From positions 609,813-673,812 of the forward strand of contig CAWACX010000002.1 of NCBI GenBank assembly GCA_963780755.1: DNA of 64,000 nt, given 5' to 3'. This document shows, in pieces, positions 18,861 to 28,177 of the stretch. How positions within the stretch are numbered: position 1 is the stretch's first letter; each line of letters opens with the position of its first letter. Below the pieces are notes generated by a model. The model did not search any database, had not been told where the DNA came from, and saw only the letters and a list, made by a program, of their open reading frames with translations. Both the position numbers and the translations under genes were made by a program. The DNA comes from an uncultured Acidobacteriota bacterium (lineage in GTDB: Bacteria > Actinomycetota > Acidimicrobiia > Spongiisociales > ZC4RG35).

Positions 18861-19636
18861 TCCAGATCGAGCAGGTCCTTGCCAACAATCCCGGCCCTTT
18901 CACCGGCCCTGGCACCAACACCTGGATCGCGGACGATGGTTCCGGGAGCCTGGTGGTCATCGATCCCGGGCCGGTGGACCCGGCACACGCCCGTTCCATC
19001 GAGGCCAAGATCGGCGGTCGCACCGTCATCGCAGTGATCGTCACTCACACCCACATCGACCACGCTCCGATGGCCAATCCGCTGGCGCGAGACCTGGGAG
19101 TGCCCGCGCTCGGGTACGCGCCCGGGCCTGAATTCGAACCGGATACGAGGCTGGATGACGGGTCACGGGTCGGTTTCGGTGATGCTGTGCTCGAGGTGGT
19201 GTACACCCCGGGCCATTCCGACGATCACCTCTGCTTCCGGGTCGGTGACGTCCTGTTCAGCGGCGACCACGTCATGGGAGGCTCCTCGGTGATGGTGGAG
19301 GAAATGGGGGCCTATATCGACTCGCTCGAGAAGCTCCGGGGGACCGGATTGGCACGTCTCTATCCGGGCCATGGGCCCGAGATGGAGCACCCCGACGATG
19401 TGATCGATTGGTACCTGGCCCATCGCCGTCAGCGTCACGAGCAGATCTATGAGGCGGTGCTCGCCGGCGCCGGCGACCCCGAGGCGGTGCTCGAGACGGT
19501 CTACACCGACGTCGATGGCGCGCTGCACCCCCTTGCCTTGCGCTCGGTCCTCGCGCATCTCACTTTGCTCACCGAGCAGGGACGGATAGCCTTTGACGGC
19601 GCCAGCATCGCTGTGGCGCCGCCCCAAGCGCCGTGA
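18857..19636 (+). CDS. MBL-fold metallo-hydrolase
   Basis: VIVTHTHIDHA (HxHxDH), later HSDDH and GDHV metal ligands; ATG overlaps the NUDIX stop (ATGA). Confidence 0.88.
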   Translation: MIQIEQVLANNPGPFTGPGTNTWIADDGSGSLVVIDPGPVDPAHARSIEAKIGGRTVIAVIVTHTHIDHAPMANPLARDLGVPALGYAPGPEFEPDTRLDDGSRVGFGDAVLEVVYTPGHSDDHLCFRVGDVLFSGDHVMGGSSVMVEEMGAYIDSLEKLRGTGLARLYPGHGPEMEHPDDVIDWYLAHRRQRHEQIYEAVLAGAGDPEAVLETVYTDVDGALHPLALRSVLAHLTLLTEQGRIAFDGASIAVAPPQAP

Positions 19637-20776
19637 TCAAACTCCCCAAGACGCTCGCTGTCCTTCTCGTCCTGACTCTGGCGATGCCCGCTGCTGCCGC
19701 CGTGAGTGACGAAGACATCGAGCGCGCCCGCGACGAGGTCAACGCGATGCTCGCCGAGTCAGAGGCGCTGGGCATCCAGGTTCAGGATGCTTGGGCCCGC
19801 CAATACGCGTTGGAGCGCGAGATCCAGGACCTCAACTCCTCGATCGACCTGGCGAGGGTGCAGATCGGTGAGATCGAAGAGCGCCTGCAGGATGTCGCGG
19901 TCGAGATGTACATGGGATCCACCAGTTCCGCCTCGCTTCAGGTCCTGTTCTCAGATGAGACCGAGGGTTATGGCGCCGGCGTCGAATATTTGAAAGAGGT
20001 GTCGGGAACCGATCAGGACCTGATCACCCAGCTTCGTTCCTTTCGCACCGAGCTGGACCGACAGACCGGCCGCCTCGCCGAAGCGTCGACCGAGCAGGAG
20101 CAGGTGACCGCCGAGCTGGAGGGGATGGCGGAGCAGCTCCAGGGTGATCTGTCCGAGGCTCAAGAGGTCTACGACGACCTGGTGGCTCAGCAGATTCGTG
20201 AGGAGGAAGAAGCGAGGCGGCGCGCCGAGGAGGAAGCTCGCCGTCGAGCTGCCGTGGAAGCCGCCCGCAACGCGACCGACCACCACTGTCGCCGGGGAGA
20301 CACCAGCCTCACCCGACGATGACGATGAGGAAGAGCCGGCACCTGATCCTGCTCCGCAGCCCGCGCCGGATCCCCCCTCCGGCGGGAGCTGTCCGGTGGC
20401 CGGAGCCGTGTCGTTCAGCGATTCATGGGGAGATTCCCGATCGGGTGGACGAGCCCACCGCGGGGTCGACATGATCGCCGCCCGGAACACTCCGATCGTC
20501 GCCATCTACTCGGGGACGATCAGCAGATTCTCCAACAGCAGCCTGGGCGGGTTGTCCATCTACTTCCGCTCGGACGACGGCGACATGTTCTATTACGCCC
20601 ATCTCGAGAGCTTTGCGGACGTGTCCGCAGGTCAACACGTGGACCAAGGGCAGGTGCTCGGATACAACGGGTCGAGCGGCAATGCGCCGGAATATCTGCC
20701 GCACCTCCACTTCGAGTGGCACCCGGGCGGCGGAAGCGCGGTCAACCCGTACTCGCTGGTACGCGGCCTCTGCTGA
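19633..20776 (+). CDS. secreted coiled-coil / M23 (LytM) peptidoglycan endopeptidase, frameshifted near 20270-20300
   Basis: N-terminal signal peptide plus long coiled coil (frame 1, 19633..20322); M23 domain in frame 2 (HRGVDMIA...HLHFEW); shift within gaccgaccaccac. Confidence 0.8.
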
Positions 20777-21115
20777 GAAACGGAAAGAGGGCCCTCGCGG
20801 GCCCTCTTACCGAGGCCTCCCTCTCCCCAACCCCAACAGTCCACTTGGCACGTTCCTTGTAGATCATCAACCACGGAGAGTGGTCAATAAAGGACCCTTC
20901 CCCACAAGCCCAACGGGACTAGTCCGTGGCGTGAACGAAGTGGGGTCTGAGATCGGCCAACAAACAATGGTGGAAACCGACATCGGTCGATGGTGGGTGG
21001 CACAATGCGGCACCCACTCCGAGGAGGATCGTTGACCACGTCAGAGCCCCCGGCGACCCCGCCACCCGCCGAGCCACCGCCACCCGCCACCCCCACCCCC
21101 ACCCCCACCTCCACC

Positions 21116-21202
21116 TCCATCGGAACCACCTCCTTCCGAGCCACCACCTCCATCGGAGCCATCTCCTTCCGAGCCACCACCTCCATCGGAACCGTCACCT
21201 CC
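21116..21202 (+). repeat. 33-bp in-frame tandem repeat (2.6 copies) encoding a PSEPPP-type proline-rich linker
   Basis: tccatcggaaccacctccttccgagccaccacc / tccatcggagccatctccttccgagccaccacc / tccatcggaaccgtcacctcc. Confidence 0.8.
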
Positions 21203-21275
21203 GGCTGTCCCGCCGCCTGCGCCTGCGTCACCGGCCGTCCCTCCGCCTGCGGCACCGGCAGTCCCCCCATCAGGT

Positions 21276-21689
21276 ATGCCATCCAACCTGGCCGACTGGG
21301 GAATCCGCGCCATTGGGGCGATCATCGACTGGTCGCCGGTGATCATCATCAGCATCGTCACCTATCGGGTTCCCTTCTTCGGGCTGCTCTCGGCGGCGTA
21401 TCTGGCCTATCTCGGGCACCTCGAGGGCACCACCGGTCAGACCCCGGGGAAGGCGATGCAAGGGACCAGACTGGTCAACGAGCAGGGCGAGCTGTTGGGG
21501 AGCGGTGCCGGCATCGGGCGCAAGTTCGTCCACATCCTTGACTCGCTCGTCTGCTTCCTCGGTTGGCTGCTTCCACTTGTCGACAACAAGCGACAGACCA
21601 TCGCCGACAAGGTGATGAACACCTATGTGGTCACCGGCGTGGAAAAGAAGGGCTTCGCCGTCGACCTCTGGATGCCACCGAAGACGTAA
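21276..21689 (+). CDS. RDD-family membrane protein (N-terminal Pro-rich extension probably longer, see findings)
   Basis: 137 aa from ATG 21276 with an RDD pattern; the same frame is open upstream to 21036 with no start codon. Confidence 0.7.
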   Translation: MPSNLADWGIRAIGAIIDWSPVIIISIVTYRVPFFGLLSAAYLAYLGHLEGTTGQTPGKAMQGTRLVNEQGELLGSGAGIGRKFVHILDSLVCFLGWLLPLVDNKRQTIADKVMNTYVVTGVEKKGFAVDLWMPPKT

Positions 21690-21718
21690 CACGTAGTACG
21701 TAACACGTAATACGGAAC

Positions 21719-21740
21719 CTCAACGCCGTCAGGCGTTGAG
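21719..21740. terminator. bidirectional hairpin between convergent RDD and mrp genes
   Basis: ctcaacgcc-gtca-ggcgttgag, perfect 9-bp stem; the loop contains the mrp stop codon; preceded by AT-rich direct repeats cgtaacacgta x2. Confidence 0.5.
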
Positions 21741-22865
21741 TTCCAGCTCGGTCAGGATCTTGGCGATCCGGCCGGTGCAGGTCTCGAGGTCGGCCGGTGG
21801 CACCAGGCCAACCAGTGCGCTCGCTGCCTGTTTGAGGGCTTCTCCCGCCGGGGAGATGCTCTCCGAGGAAACTACGGGTGCTCCTTCGTCCCCGCCGGGC
21901 ACCACGGCGGGGTCGAGCGGGATCGAGGCGATGAGGGGCACCCCGAGCTCATCTGCCAGCTCCTGTCCACCGCCGTGCCCGAAGACCTCGTGGACCCGGC
22001 CGCAATCGCAGACCAGGCCGGCCATGTTCTCCACGACTCCGACGATGGGCATGTGGGATCGGCGAGCCATGTCGGCGACCCGGACCGCGACCTTCTGTGC
22101 TGCCCGCTGCGGCGTCGTGACCACCACCAGCTCTGCCTGAGGGAGCATCCTGGTCAGCGCCATCTGGATGTCGCCGGTGCCCGGAGGCAGGTCGATCAGC
22201 AGGTAGTCGAGGTCGCCCCAGTCCACCTGCTTGAGGAACTGCTCGAGCGCCTTGGACAGCATTAGGCCCCGCCACATCAACGCGGTCTCCTCGGACTCGA
22301 TGATCAAGCCCGTCGAAACCAGCTTCACACCCTGCGCCTCGACCGGCTCGATGAGCTTGCTCTCGTCGTTGGCGTGGAGTCGATCCTCCACTCCCAGCAT
22401 GCGGGGGGTCGAGAAGCCCCAGATGTCGGCGTCGAGCAGGCCGACCCGGTACCCGGCGGCGGCCATCGCCACTGCGAGATTGACCGCTACCGAAGACTTG
22501 CCAACGCCTCCCTTGCCCGATCCGATGGCAATGACTCGCGTCGTGGGGGAGACCTGGGTGGGCTCGGCCGTCTCTCGGGCCCGACGGCGGGCCACGCTCA
22601 TCAACTCGGCGCGTTGCTTCTTGGTCATCGCCGTCGTGCGCAGGTTGAGCTCGGAGACTCCAGGCATGGACAGGACGCGGCGCCTCGTGTCGCTTTCGAT
22701 CTGGTTGCGAAGCGGGCACTCGGCGATGGTCAGGGCCAGCCCGACGTCCACGGTCGAGCCGTTGACCTCGACGTCGCTGATCATCCCCAACTCCACGATG
22801 TTCCCACCCAACTCGGGGTCGCGGACACCCTCCAGGGTCTTGAGGACGTCATCGCGAGTAGGCAT
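21729..22865 (-). CDS. Mrp/ApbC/NBP35 Fe-S cluster carrier ATPase
   Basis: 378 aa; N-terminal DUF59-like region; P-loop GKGGVGKSS; CxxC (LVCDCG). Confidence 0.9.
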   Translation of the reverse strand: MPTRDDVLKTLEGVRDPELGGNIVELGMISDVEVNGSTVDVGLALTIAECPLRNQIESDTRRRVLSMPGVSELNLRTTAMTKKQRAELMSVARRRARETAEPTQVSPTTRVIAIGSGKGGVGKSSVAVNLAVAMAAAGYRVGLLDADIWGFSTPRMLGVEDRLHANDESKLIEPVEAQGVKLVSTGLIIESEETALMWRGLMLSKALEQFLKQVDWGDLDYLLIDLPPGTGDIQMALTRMLPQAELVVVTTPQRAAQKVAVRVADMARRSHMPIVGVVENMAGLVCDCGRVHEVFGHGGGQELADELGVPLIASIPLDPAVVPGGDEGAPVVSSESISPAGEALKQAASALVGLVPPADLETCTGRIAKILTELELNA

Positions 22866-22956
22866 GATCTCAAATGGTAATTTCCACCAGTCCGAATGTG
22901 GGAATGGCCCAAGCCAGGCCCGGGGTTACAATGAGGGTCGGAGAAACACCAGGAAC

Positions 22957-23319
22957 ATGACACAAATCCTCAGCATCAAGTCCAGCCAGCCCGCAAAGAC
23001 GGTGAATCTCACAGAGACCGCTGTCGAAAAGGTCCGTGAGTTGATCCAAGCGGAGACCGACCCCGGCCTCGCCCTGCGCATGGCAGTCCGGCCCGGTGGG
23101 TGCAGCGGCTTCTCCTACGAGATGTATTTCGACTCCCAGATCGACAGTGCCGACATCGTCGAGGAGTTCGGTGACGTCCGGGTCGTTGTCGACTCCCAGA
23201 GTGCGGAGATGGTCCGCGGCGCAACTCTGGACTACAAGGACGGGCTGATGGAGAAGGGCTTCTCCATCGACAACCCGAACGTGTCGCACACCTGCGGCTG
23301 CGGCAACTCCTTCTCCTGA
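22957..23319 (+). CDS. HesB/IscA/ErpA-type Fe-S cluster insertion protein
   Basis: 120 aa; GGCSGFSY ... C-terminal CGCGNSF motif; true start is internal to the spurious long ORF 22231..23319. Confidence 0.88.
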   Translation: MTQILSIKSSQPAKTVNLTETAVEKVRELIQAETDPGLALRMAVRPGGCSGFSYEMYFDSQIDSADIVEEFGDVRVVVDSQSAEMVRGATLDYKDGLMEKGFSIDNPNVSHTCGCGNSFS

Positions 23320-23376
23320 CATCTGCCTCCTTCGAACGGTGTAGCCTCGCTTCGTCAATCGAATCAGGAGGAGTAG

Positions 23377-23751
23377 TTGATCGATAGTTTCTGGGACGTC
23401 ATTCTCTGGATGCTGGCGTTGTTCATCTTCGCCATGTTCTTCTGGCTCTTCATCTCGGTCCTGTCGGACCTGTGGACTGACCCGGAGACCAGCGGGTGGG
23501 GTAAGGCCTTCTGGACCTTCTTCGTGGTCATCCTGCCCTGGCTCGGGATCCTGATCTATCTGATCGCCCGTGGCGGCGGCATGACAGAGCGGGCAATCAT
23601 GAAGCAGAAGCAGCAGGAGGAGTACATCCGACAAGTCGCCGGCGGGGGAAGCGCAGCTTCCGAGCTTGCCGCCCTTGCCGACTTGAAGGAGAAAGGCCAC
23701 ATCACCGACGAGGAGTTCAACAAGGCAAAGGCCTCACTCCTCGCCAGCTGA
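23377..23751 (+). CDS. PLDc_N / SHOCT-domain small membrane protein
   Basis: 124 aa; two TM helices, then C-terminal SHOCT-like LAALADLKEKGHITDEEFNKAKASLL. Confidence 0.7.
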   Translation: MIDSFWDVILWMLALFIFAMFFWLFISVLSDLWTDPETSGWGKAFWTFFVVILPWLGILIYLIARGGGMTERAIMKQKQQEEYIRQVAGGGSAASELAALADLKEKGHITDEEFNKAKASLLAS

Positions 23752-23770
23752 CGGCCGAGGTCGACTGAAG

Positions 23771-23797
23771 GAGCCCGGGTGATACCCGGGCTCTTTC
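23771..23797 (+). terminator. rho-independent terminator
   Basis: gagcccggg-tgata-cccgggctc (9-bp stem) followed by TTT. Confidence 0.6.
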
Positions 23798-23866
23798 GCG
23801 CCCGACCGCCTTGGCTCACACCACCGCCCGTCGGGTACGCTCGGGTCTCCCCCACTCAGGAGAATC

Positions 23867-24247
23867 GTGCCAAAAAAGGTCCCCGTTCTCCCATCGGCGC
23901 CCGGCGCCATGGGCCCCTATTCGGTGGCCACCGAAGCCAATGGGTTCGTGTTCATCTCGGGCCAGGTGGCGGTGGACCCGATCACCAGCGAGAGATCTCC
24001 GGACGACGTCGAGATCCAGGCGAGCAAGGTGATGACGAACATCACCGCGATCCTCGGGGATCTCGGGCTCGGGCTCTCCGACATCGCCAAGACCACCATC
24101 TTCCTCGCCGACATCGCGGACTTCCCCAAGGTGAATGAGGTCTATGCCGGCTTCTTTGAGGGCGAGCCTCCAGCACGCTCCACGGTCCAGGCCGGGGCCC
24201 TCCCAGGAGGATTCTTGGTCGAGATCGAAGTGATCGCTGCACGATGA
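23867..24247 (+). CDS. RidA (YjgF/TdcF) family reactive-intermediate deaminase
   Basis: 126 aa; GPYSVATEANGFVFISGQ...PARSTVQAG; AGGAGA RBS before GTG 23867. Confidence 0.85.
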   Translation: MPKKVPVLPSAPGAMGPYSVATEANGFVFISGQVAVDPITSERSPDDVEIQASKVMTNITAILGDLGLGLSDIAKTTIFLADIADFPKVNEVYAGFFEGEPPARSTVQAGALPGGFLVEIEVIAAR

Positions 24248-25759
24248 ACAAGAACGAGGTTTTCAAGGCGCTGGGTCTCTCAGACGAGAACTCGGGCGTG
24301 TTCGCAGGGGAGTGGCTCGAATCGAGCGGCGAGCTGATCGAAGTCATCAGCCCGACCACAGGTGAGCGCTTGGCGACGGTGGGCATGGCCTCGGTGGGCG
24401 ACTACGAAAAAGTGGTCTCCAACTCGGTCGACACTTTCGAGCGCTGGCAGCGCCTTCCGGCGCCGAAGCGAGGCCAGTACATCAGGAGCCTCGGCGACGC
24501 GCTGCGCGACAACATCGATGCGCTCGGCGCCCTGGTCACGATGGAGATGGGAAAGATCCTCCCCGAGGGCGTGGGGGAGGTCCAGGAGATGGTCGACATT
24601 TGCGACTTTGCGGTCGGCCTTTCCCGCCAGCTCTACGGGAACACCATGGCTTCGGAGCGCCCGAGCCATCGGATGTACGAGCACTGGCACCCGCTGGGCC
24701 CGATCGGGGTCATCTCAGCCTTCAACTTCCCGGTGGCGGTCTGGTCGTGGAACGCAGCCATCGCCGCCGTCTGTGGGGACACCGTGGTCTGGAAGCCGTC
24801 GGAGAGGACGCCGTTGAGCGCGATCCGCGGTTACCAACATCGCCAATCAGGTGATGGCGGGCAGCGGCTTCGAGGGTGTTTTCAACCTGGTCGTGGGTGA
24901 CGGCGCCACCGTCGGCAACCGAATGAACCAGGACATCAGGTTGCCGCTGATCTCGGCCACCGGCTCGTGCAACATGGGCCGGATCGTCGGCCCGGCGGTC
25001 GCCCAGCGGCTGGGCCGGACCATCCTCGAGTTGGGGGGCAACAACGCGGTGATCGTCATGGACGACGCCGATCTCGAGCTCGCGGTGCGGGGGACTCTGT
25101 TCTCGGCGGTGGGCACCGCAGGTCAGCGCTGCACCTCGTTGCGGAGGCTCCTGGTGCACCGGGCGATCTCTGACAAGCTCGTCGCCCGGCTCGCTGAGGC
25201 GTACCGGCAGGTCAAGATCGGTGATCCCTCTGAGCCAGGGACGCTGATGGGGCCGCTGGTCAGCGAGGGAGCCGTCGAACAGATGATGAGCGCCCTGGAC
25301 ATCGCACGGGAACAGGGCGGTCGGATCGTCACCGGGGGCAACCGGATCGACCGGCCAGGGTTCTTCGTCGAGCCCACGATCGCCCTGGTCCCCTCCGACG
25401 CCAGCATCACCCAGCAGGAGACCTTCGCCCCGATCCTGTGGGTCATGGAGTTCGACACCCTCGATGAGGCGATCCAGATCCAGAACGGCGTCACCCAGGG
25501 GCTGTCCTCGGCGATCTTCACCGAGTCGCTGAAGTACGCCGAGAAGTTCTTGAGCGATGTCGGCTCGGACTGTGGGATCGCCAACGTCAATATCGGGACC
25601 TCGGGCGCCGAGATCGGCGGCGCTTTCGGGGGCGAGAAAGAGACCGGTGGTGGACGGGAGGCCGGCTCCGACGCCTGGAAGGCGTACATGCGCCGCCAGA
25701 CCACCACTATCAACTGGGGTGACGACCTCCCGCTGGCACAGGGGATCGAGTTCGGCTGA
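24244..25759 (+). CDS. aldehyde dehydrogenase, ALDH7/piperideine-6-carboxylate dehydrogenase-like, frameshifted at ~24821-24832
   Basis: N-terminal half in frame 1 (24244..24900), C-terminal half in frame 2 (24851..25759; ELGGNNA, catalytic Cys in GQRCTS); one extra C in gcgatcCgcggtt restores P-L-S-A-I-A-V-T-N-I-A-N-Q-V-M-A-G-S. Confidence 0.85.
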
Positions 25760-25761
25760 CG

Positions 25762-26352
25762 ATGGACGCTGCCGAATGGGACGAGAGGTACGCGGAGACC
25801 CACCGCCACTGGTCGGTGACCCCGAACATGTTCGTCGCCGACCGTCTCCGCCACATCACCCCGGGCCGGGGCCTGGACCTCGGTGCCGGCGAGGGTCGGA
25901 ACGCGGTATGGCTGGCCTCGCTGGGCTGGGAGATGACCGCGGTCGACTTCTCCAGGGTGGCCATCGAGCGGGGGGCCGCTGACTCCGACGCAGTCGAATT
26001 CGTGGTCGCCGACGTCCGGGAGTGGGAGCCCGAGGGCAGCTTCGACCTCATCCTCATCGCATACATCCACCTCCAGGCCCCCGACTTCGAGAAGGTGGTG
26101 CGCAGGGCACGTGAATGGCTCACTCCCGGCGGCGAGCTGTTCCTGATCGGGCACGACGTGAGCAATGTCGATCACGGGCATGGTGGTCCTCAGGACCCGG
26201 GGATTCTCTGGGACGTCGACGAGACCCGCGATTGGCTCGAAGGGATGACGATCGTGGAAGCCCAGGTCGTGCGCCGCCCGGTTGACACCGACGAGGGCCG
26301 GGAGTTCGCCCGGGACGCTCTGATCCGGGCGCGGTCCGCGGTGTCCGCCTAG
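25762..26352 (+). CDS. class I SAM-dependent methyltransferase
   Basis: 196 aa; motif I LDLGAGEGRNAVWLA; acidic motif II. Confidence 0.75.
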   Translation: MDAAEWDERYAETHRHWSVTPNMFVADRLRHITPGRGLDLGAGEGRNAVWLASLGWEMTAVDFSRVAIERGAADSDAVEFVVADVREWEPEGSFDLILIAYIHLQAPDFEKVVRRAREWLTPGGELFLIGHDVSNVDHGHGGPQDPGILWDVDETRDWLEGMTIVEAQVVRRPVDTDEGREFARDALIRARSAVSA

Positions 26353-27504
26353 TCAGATCCTGTCCAGCGCACCACTCAAGTCGTCGATCAGGTCCTCGAC
26401 GTCCTCGAGGCCCACGGAGAGTCGGACCAGCCCGTCCGTGATCCCCACTGCCTCCCGGTCCGCCTGGGGAATGGAGGCATGGGTCATCGTCACCGGGTGG
26501 GTGATCAGAGATTCGACCGATCCCAGGTTCTCGGCGAGGCTCCACAGCTCGACGGCGTCCATCATCTTCTTGCCGGCCTCCAAACCGCCCTCGACCTCGA
26601 AGCAGACCATCGCCCCATAACCGGTGGCCTGAGAGCTGGCCAGGGCGTGTTGGGGGTGGGCGGCGAGCCCCGGGTAATTCACGTAGTCGACCTTGGGATG
26701 GCCCTGGAGCCACTCTGCGATCGCCATTGCGTTGGCCGACTGGCCCTCCATTCGCTCGCTCAGGGTCTTCACCCCCTGCAGGGTGAGCCACGCCACCATT
26801 GGGGACATGACCAGACCGGCGGCGATCCGGGCGAAGGCGATCCTTTGGTGCAGATCGGGGTCGTTGACCACCACGGCCCCACCGAGAGTGGCGTTGTGCC
26901 CGTCGAGGAACTTGGTGGTCGAGTGGAGGACGATGTCGGCCCCCAGCTCGAATGGCCGTTGGAAAAACGGGGTGAGGAAGGTGTTGTCCGTGACGTGGAG
27001 CACACCTGCCTCCTTGGTGATCTCAGAGACCATGGCGAGGTCGGTGAGCTTCAGGGTGGGGTTGGCCGGGGTCTCGGTGAACACGATCCGGGTCGAAGGG
27101 GTGAGGGCGGCTCGCACCTTCTCCGGGTCGGTGGCGTCGACGAAGGAAACCTCGACTCCGAACTTGGTCAGAAACTGGTCGGCGAAGCGGTAAGTGCCCC
27201 CATAGACCACATCCCCGATGACCACGTGGTCACCGGCCTGGAGGAGGCCGAGAAACACCGCCACCGTGGCCGCCATCCCCGATGCGTAGGCGGTGGTGTC
27301 GACCCCGCCCTCGAGGGCGGTCAGCTTCTCTTCCAGCGCCCGGACGGTTGGGTTCCCGGCCCTGCTGTATGAGAAGCCTTTGGACATGTAGTCATCGACC
27401 GACTCTTGGACGAAGGTGGTCGATTGGTGGATCGGGGTCAGGATCGCCCCGGTGGTGGGGTCCGGCGTCACCCCGGCGTGGATCTGCTTGGTGCGAAAGC
27501 CCAT
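26353..27504 (-). CDS. Cys/Met-metabolism PLP enzyme (cystathionine gamma-synthase/lyase family)
   Basis: MGFRTKQIHAG...; PLP-Lys context HSTTKFLDGHNATLGGAVV; start trimmed to the internal ATG matching family N-termini. Confidence 0.85.
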   Translation of the reverse strand: MGFRTKQIHAGVTPDPTTGAILTPIHQSTTFVQESVDDYMSKGFSYSRAGNPTVRALEEKLTALEGGVDTTAYASGMAATVAVFLGLLQAGDHVVIGDVVYGGTYRFADQFLTKFGVEVSFVDATDPEKVRAALTPSTRIVFTETPANPTLKLTDLAMVSEITKEAGVLHVTDNTFLTPFFQRPFELGADIVLHSTTKFLDGHNATLGGAVVVNDPDLHQRIAFARIAAGLVMSPMVAWLTLQGVKTLSERMEGQSANAMAIAEWLQGHPKVDYVNYPGLAAHPQHALASSQATGYGAMVCFEVEGGLEAGKKMMDAVELWSLAENLGSVESLITHPVTMTHASIPQADREAVGITDGLVRLSVGLEDVEDLIDDLSGALDRI

Positions 27505-27541
27505 CGCGGTCACGTTATACGGGGGTCGATTGTCCCGGCTC

Positions 27542-28177
27542 TCAACCGAAGCGGTAGCCCACCGACCGGACCGTTGTGATCCACGAGGAGCGCTCCTCAC
27601 CGAGTTTGGCCCGCAGCCGTCGGACGTGGACGTCGACGGTGCGGGCGCCGCCGTAGTAGTCGTAGCCCCAGACCTTGGACAGCAACTGCTCCCGGGACCA
27701 GACCCGGACCGGGTTCTTCACCAGGAAGTGGAGCAACTCGTATTCCATGAAGGTCATGTCCAGTGGCTCCCCGGCGAGAGTGGCCTGGTAGTTGAGCGGG
27801 TTCAACTCCAAGTCCTTGAAGGTGACCAACGCTTCGTCCTGGTCCTCGGCGGCCAGGCGCTGCAGGCGCAGCCGCATCTCGAGGGGGTCGACGGGGGAGG
27901 TGATGAAGTCGGTGACCCCGGAGCCGGGCTCGATCAGAGCCAACTGCTCGATCGAGACCACGAGCAGCACGGGAAGCCCGATCACTTCGACGATCCGCGA
28001 CAGCTCACGTAGTCGGCGTAATGGCTGATCGCCGAGTTCCACGCACAAGAGGTCGGCGTCGTTGATCCGTCGGTCCTCGGGGACCAGTTCCGGGGCGGCC
28101 ACCACCGTGGCCCCGGCCAGGTCGAGGCCATCGGACACTCCCTCGGAGCAGTGTTCCGGGTGGAGCGCGACGTTCAC
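27542..28177 (-). CDS. OmpR-family response regulator with degenerate receiver (GlnR-like orphan regulator)
   Basis: C-terminal winged helix (RVWSREQLLSKVWGYDYYGGARTVDVHVRRLRAKL...VGYRF); receiver lacks the N-terminal acidic pair and the conserved Lys; GTG start overlaps the glnA stop (GTGA). Confidence 0.75.
   Translation of the reverse strand: MNVALHPEHCSEGVSDGLDLAGATVVAAPELVPEDRRINDADLLCVELGDQPLRRLRELSRIVEVIGLPVLLVVSIEQLALIEPGSGVTDFITSPVDPLEMRLRLQRLAAEDQDEALVTFKDLELNPLNYQATLAGEPLDMTFMEYELLHFLVKNPVRVWSREQLLSKVWGYDYYGGARTVDVHVRRLRAKLGEERSSWITTVRSVGYRFG

Noticed and set aside
20884-21361. Gly-rich minus-strand ORFs 20884..21282 and 21041..21361
   Set aside because: Reverse-complement reading of the Pro-rich CCN repeat region. 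Poly-Gly artefact.
22231-22956. 362-aa plus-strand ORF overlapping mrp
   Set aside because: Antisense to the Mrp/ApbC ATPase. Only the terminal 120 codons (IscA-like, from ATG 22957) are genuine.
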